From a virus (taxonomy: Duplodnaviria > Heunggongvirae > Uroviricota > Caudoviricetes), in IMG/VR virus record IMGVR_UViG_2693429700_000020: 14,388 bases of DNA; one strand, written 5' to 3'. The translations under genes and the position numbers were made by a program. Of the stretch, positions 13,138 through 14,388 are shown piece after piece (position 1 is the stretch's first letter; each line of letters opens with the position of its first letter). The notes below the pieces were generated by a model that worked only from the letters and a program-made list of their open reading frames with translations, had not been told where the DNA came from and ran no database searches.

Positions 13138-14388
13138 TTATTCCCCCGCCATCCACTTCTCAAACTTCGACGGGGAGAACGGAATCAGATCCGTATGCTC
13201 CCCGTTAATCCAGGAATCAATCATATCGGCCCACTGCTGCAACATGTAGGCGCGCTGTCTGGCGTATTCCGCTTTGTTATATACGGCGCGCACACCTTTC
13301 TGCTCATGTGCCAAAGCTTTTTCAATCCAGTCTGAAGGATAACCAGCCTCATGCAACAACGTACTGGCTGTACGGCGCATATCATGTACAGTGAAGTCCT
13401 GAATATGCTCACCATCTTCATTTATTATTTTCACCGTTCTGTCGATCAGAGAGTTCAGCGCGGCATTAGATAATGGCTTCCGGAAATTGTAACGACCAGG
13501 AACCAGATATTCACTTCCACCAGCGCACATCTGCAACCCGACCAATATATCCTGTGCCTGTTTAGGCAGGTAAATAACGTGCGCCCGGCTTCCCTTCATG
13601 CGGTCTGGAGGAATTGTCCATGTCCATTTTTTAAAATCTATTTCATCCCACGATGCATTGGTGAATTCGCCCTTACGAACCATAGTGATAAGCACCAGTT
13701 TTAAAGCCATTTTCATAGTGCCCATAGCACCAATGGCATCCAGCGTGCGGAAGAACAGGCCAATTTCTTCTGGTGTCAGTGTTCGCTCTCGTGGTTTAAA
13801 TATGGCGATAGACGAAGGTTTAATGTCAGCCGCAGGATTAAACAAACCATGACCACGGTCATTGGCGTGACGGTATACGCTACTGATGATCTCCCTGGCC
13901 TGCACTGCTGTTGCCCGGCCACCGCGTTCGACAATCCGGTCACACAAATCACGAACCATCGATGTGGTAATTTCAGCCATCATTTTATTGCCAAGAACCG
14001 GAAGTATGTCCCGGTCGATCACCGCCTGTTTCATTGCGCGGGTACTGTCAGCCAGGATGACGTGTTTCATATAACTGTCGGTATGTACCGCAAACGTCTC
14101 GGCACCACGAATCTTTTTGATACCGTCACGTTTAGCCGCAGCCGGTGACTGGCCTGCTTTAAGCAGCTTCTTTGCAGCAATCAGTTCTTCTCGCGCTTCT
14201 GCCAGGCTGATACCGTCACGCCCATACTGCCCGATTACCAGCGTTTCGCGGCGACCGTTGATACGGTAGTCGTAGCGAAACGAGACCGTGCCTGACGTAA
14301 GCACAGCTACATACAGCCCGTCACGATCGGAGACCTTGTACAGTTTGTCCTGCGGCTTGAGGTTTTTTAATTTTGTATCGGTAAGCAC
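13138..14388 (-). CDS. int: Tyrosine integrase, P4-type (N-terminus runs off the right window edge)
   Basis: 416 aa in window; N-terminal LTDTKLKNLKPQDKLYKVSDRDGLYVAV arm-binding-type region; C-terminal HDMRRTASTLLHEAGYPSDWIEKALAH ... VRAVYNKAEY contains the catalytic H-x-x-R and Tyr. Confidence 0.9.
   Translation of the reverse strand: MLTDTKLKNLKPQDKLYKVSDRDGLYVAVLTSGTVSFRYDYRINGRRETLVIGQYGRDGISLAEAREELIAAKKLLKAGQSPAAAKRDGIKKIRGAETFAVHTDSYMKHVILADSTRAMKQAVIDRDILPVLGNKMMAEITTSMVRDLCDRIVERGGRATAVQAREIISSVYRHANDRGHGLFNPAADIKPSSIAIFKPRERTLTPEEIGLFFRTLDAIGAMGTMKMALKLVLITMVRKGEFTNASWDEIDFKKWTWTIPPDRMKGSRAHVIYLPKQAQDILVGLQMCAGGSEYLVPGRYNFRKPLSNAALNSLIDRTVKIINEDGEHIQDFTVHDMRRTASTLLHEAGYPSDWIEKALAHEQKGVRAVYNKAEYARQRAYMLQQWADMIDSWINGEHTDLIPFSPSKFEKWMAGE

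Noticed and set aside
13221-14148. Track ORFs inside the integrase gene (13221-13421 minus; 13598-13852, 13849-14148 and 13886-14074 plus)
   Set aside because: They are antisense or out of frame within the integrase gene, which has clear catalytic motifs.
1-14388. Search for tRNA, rRNA or attachment-site repeats
   Set aside because: No cloverleaf-like or rRNA-like segment was recognised by eye; the attachment site is probably outside the window. Not proven absent without a tRNA scan.

Overview
This window reads as a lambdoid-type prophage segment (about 50% GC, enterobacterial-looking; all identifications are from reading the sequence and recalled family signatures, no database search was run). 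Left to right: the terminal 141 bp of an IS3-family insertion sequence (1-141); a minus-strand arm (248-8550) with terminase large and small subunits, a block of small accessory genes (ASCH-domain, membrane, Cys-rich, Ea22-like/DUF551 paralogs, DUF1064), lambda P-like and O-like replication genes with in-gene iterons, a TraR/DksA-like zinc-finger gene and a Cro-like gene; a plus-strand double-HTH repressor (8705-9289) followed by a strong terminator; a plus-strand early operon (9443-13134) with two small unknown genes, a RecE-like exonuclease, a RecT/Redbeta-family annealing protein, an AlpA-family regulator, a PerC-like regulator, an MT-A70 adenine methyltransferase and a small ORF; and a convergent P4-type tyrosine integrase (13138-14388) running off the window edge. 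The main finding is a 15-bp palindrome, TTACC-N5-GGTAA, present at six perfect and four near-perfect sites, all intergenic. It flanks the early promoter, an internal promoter between the P-like and DUF1064 genes (same geometry), the Cro-like promoter region, and the start of the terminase small-subunit gene; each follows an intrinsic terminator on the minus-strand arm. No N-like or Q-like antiterminator and no lysis cassette is recognisable. A second, unrelated 12-bp perfect palindrome (GTGACATGTCAC, with conserved flank) occurs twice, bracketing the terminase module.
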